Positions 62,492-64,000 of a stretch of 64,000 nt of DNA are shown one piece after another (position 1 is the stretch's first letter; each line of letters starts with the position of its first letter). The stretch comes from Harriotta raleighana (taxonomy: Eukaryota): NCBI GenBank assembly GCA_050575255.1, contig JBNZDD010013695.1, positions 6,320,248 through 6,384,247 on the forward strand. The letters run 5' to 3'. Under the pieces are notes generated by a model. The model saw only the letters and a list, made by a program, of their open reading frames with translations, searched no databases and was not told where the DNA came from. Position numbers and translations under genes: made by a program.

Positions 62492-63057
62492 TTATCATTT
62501 GCCAGAATTATTACAATAACAGTGTTTGTGGCAGGAACTCCCATTCCCCCCACCCTCCCGTTTCACACAAAAATTACAGACTGCATTTTACAGTATATAT
62601 CCTGCAAAGAGCTTTGAAATGCTTCAATGGCGCGATAAATATACCATGCATTTGAAATACTGCCTTGTTATGTTTTCGAGATATCTCAAAGCATAAAATA
62701 TACTTGTTTTGAGGGCCATTTTATATATGGGGAACATACATAATAGCCATATTTTGTAGGCCATATTATATATCAATAAATAAAATACAGTCACTCCAGT
62801 ACTGTATTCTGTAAAGCACTTTTGAGATATCTCAAAGACATGAAAAAGCACTGTATTAAATGCAAGGATTATTATTATTATCAATAGTAAAGATGATTAC
62901 ATCCCACAAAGCTCTTATCCGGGAATCTCCATATATACAGTAAGTCCATGAGGATTCTGCTCCTCGCTTTAGTCTGCGAAAACTCGGATAAAATGTAAAT
63001 TTTTTCAATCCATGGTTGCCAGTGTTTCGCCCACAAATATACAGTCGATTCACTTTA

Positions 63058-63366
63058 ATAATAATAAATAATTCTTGCATTTGATGCAGCGCTTTTCACA
63101 TAATCTAGACGTTCTAAGCGCTTCAAAGAATATATTGTAAAGTGAATTGACTGTATATCTGTGGGTGAAACACGGCAGCCAATTGTGTGCAGCAGCGTCC
63201 CCACAAACAGCCATGGATTGAAATGACCAATTTATTCACAGTTTTTTTTAAGAGGGATTATTATTATACGTTTGCAGTATGGAGATCTGCCCAAAGTTTC
63301 GCCCTGACGGGAATTGAACCCAGGTCTCTCTCTTATAAGGCGAGTGCTCTAAACACTGAGCTATAG
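63058..63366 (-). mobile_element. SINE copy in RPS14 intron 1
   Basis: Full-length reverse copy flanked by plus-strand tails. Confidence 0.85.
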
Positions 63367-63728
63367 AATACAGTATATTCGCTGAAAACATTTTGAGACA
63401 CAGTCTAGAAGACATGATAAGGCGCTAATCAATTGCAAGGGTTATTATTATTTACAATTAAATAACCCCCCCCCCACCCCCATCAGAGCCGCCATTGCTG
63501 CTCGCTCCCCAGCAAGGCCCAGCGCCTGGCGTTACAACCCAACCTTTCGCCCCCCCCCCACTTCTCCATCTTCACCCTCGCGCGTACCGCAATCCTTGCC
63601 AATAACGGTCGGGAATCGCAGCCTAGTTGCTACGGGTACCGTGCGAGAAACGGAGGGGGAGGTTTGGGACGCGGATGGCGGTAGATGGAGACGGATGGAG
63701 ACAGTTGGCCGAACCGACCACCATTTAC

Positions 63729-63765
63729 CTACTTGTCTCTGAGAGGAGCAGCCGGAAAGAAGGAG
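63729..63765 (-). promoter_or_regulatory. RPS14: RPS14 non-coding exon 1 beginning with a 5' TOP tract (CTCCTTCTTTCC), in a CpG-rich promoter with a CRE TGACGTCA at 63981-63988 and YY1-like motifs in intron 1
   Basis: Pyrimidine initiator typical of ribosomal protein genes; donor AG|GTAAAT (an alternative GT lies 4 nt upstream). Confidence 0.75.
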
Positions 63766-64000
63766 CAGCGTGCGCAGGAGCCCACTGCGCAGCACCGCCC
63801 CGCGGGCGCTCATGGGAACAGCCACTTGTATATACACACAAATATATAATTTTTTTTCTTTCCACAGACCGTCCGTCTAGGATCACCCTTGACAGGGGTT
63901 TTAGTGAGAGAGTAACAAGAGAAATTTTTTTTTTTTTTAAAAAGAGTTCTTTCCCCACTCCAACATTTTGGAGGGCGGCGTGACGTCACCGAACCTGGCA

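Overview
Vertebrate genomic DNA, very probably a cartilaginous fish (holocephalan/elephant-shark-like; inferred from the repeat landscape, not proven). The window holds the syntenic block known from human 5q32-33, all on the minus strand: CAMK2A (exons 1-2 only; the gene runs off the left end), ARSI (2 coding exons, 567 aa), CD74/MHC class II invariant chain, and RPS14 (5 exons, 151 aa). TCOF1, which lies between ARSI and CD74 in mammals, is not recognisable. Three copies of the H/ACA snoRNA E3/SNORA63 sit in RPS14 introns 3 and 4 and about 400 nt beyond the RPS14 poly(A) signal. The intergenic and intronic DNA is dense with a tRNA-derived SINE carrying an L2-type tail, plus L2, CR1 and Penelope-like fragments and mini/microsatellites. 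Three duplications beside N gaps look like assembly artefacts. Best leads: (1) the downstream E3 copy, followed by an in-frame candidate alternative RPS14 last exon; (2) a complete but inverted S-X1-X2-Y (CIITA enhanceosome) module about 1 kb upstream of CD74; (3) an extra symmetric CD74 exon encoding a Met-rich, CLIP-like segment; (4) a hammerhead-like motif in a Penelope-derived element; (5) a candidate internal first exon in CAMK2A; (6) a templated insertion with a 21-bp target duplication. All comparisons with other species are from memory and need database confirmation.
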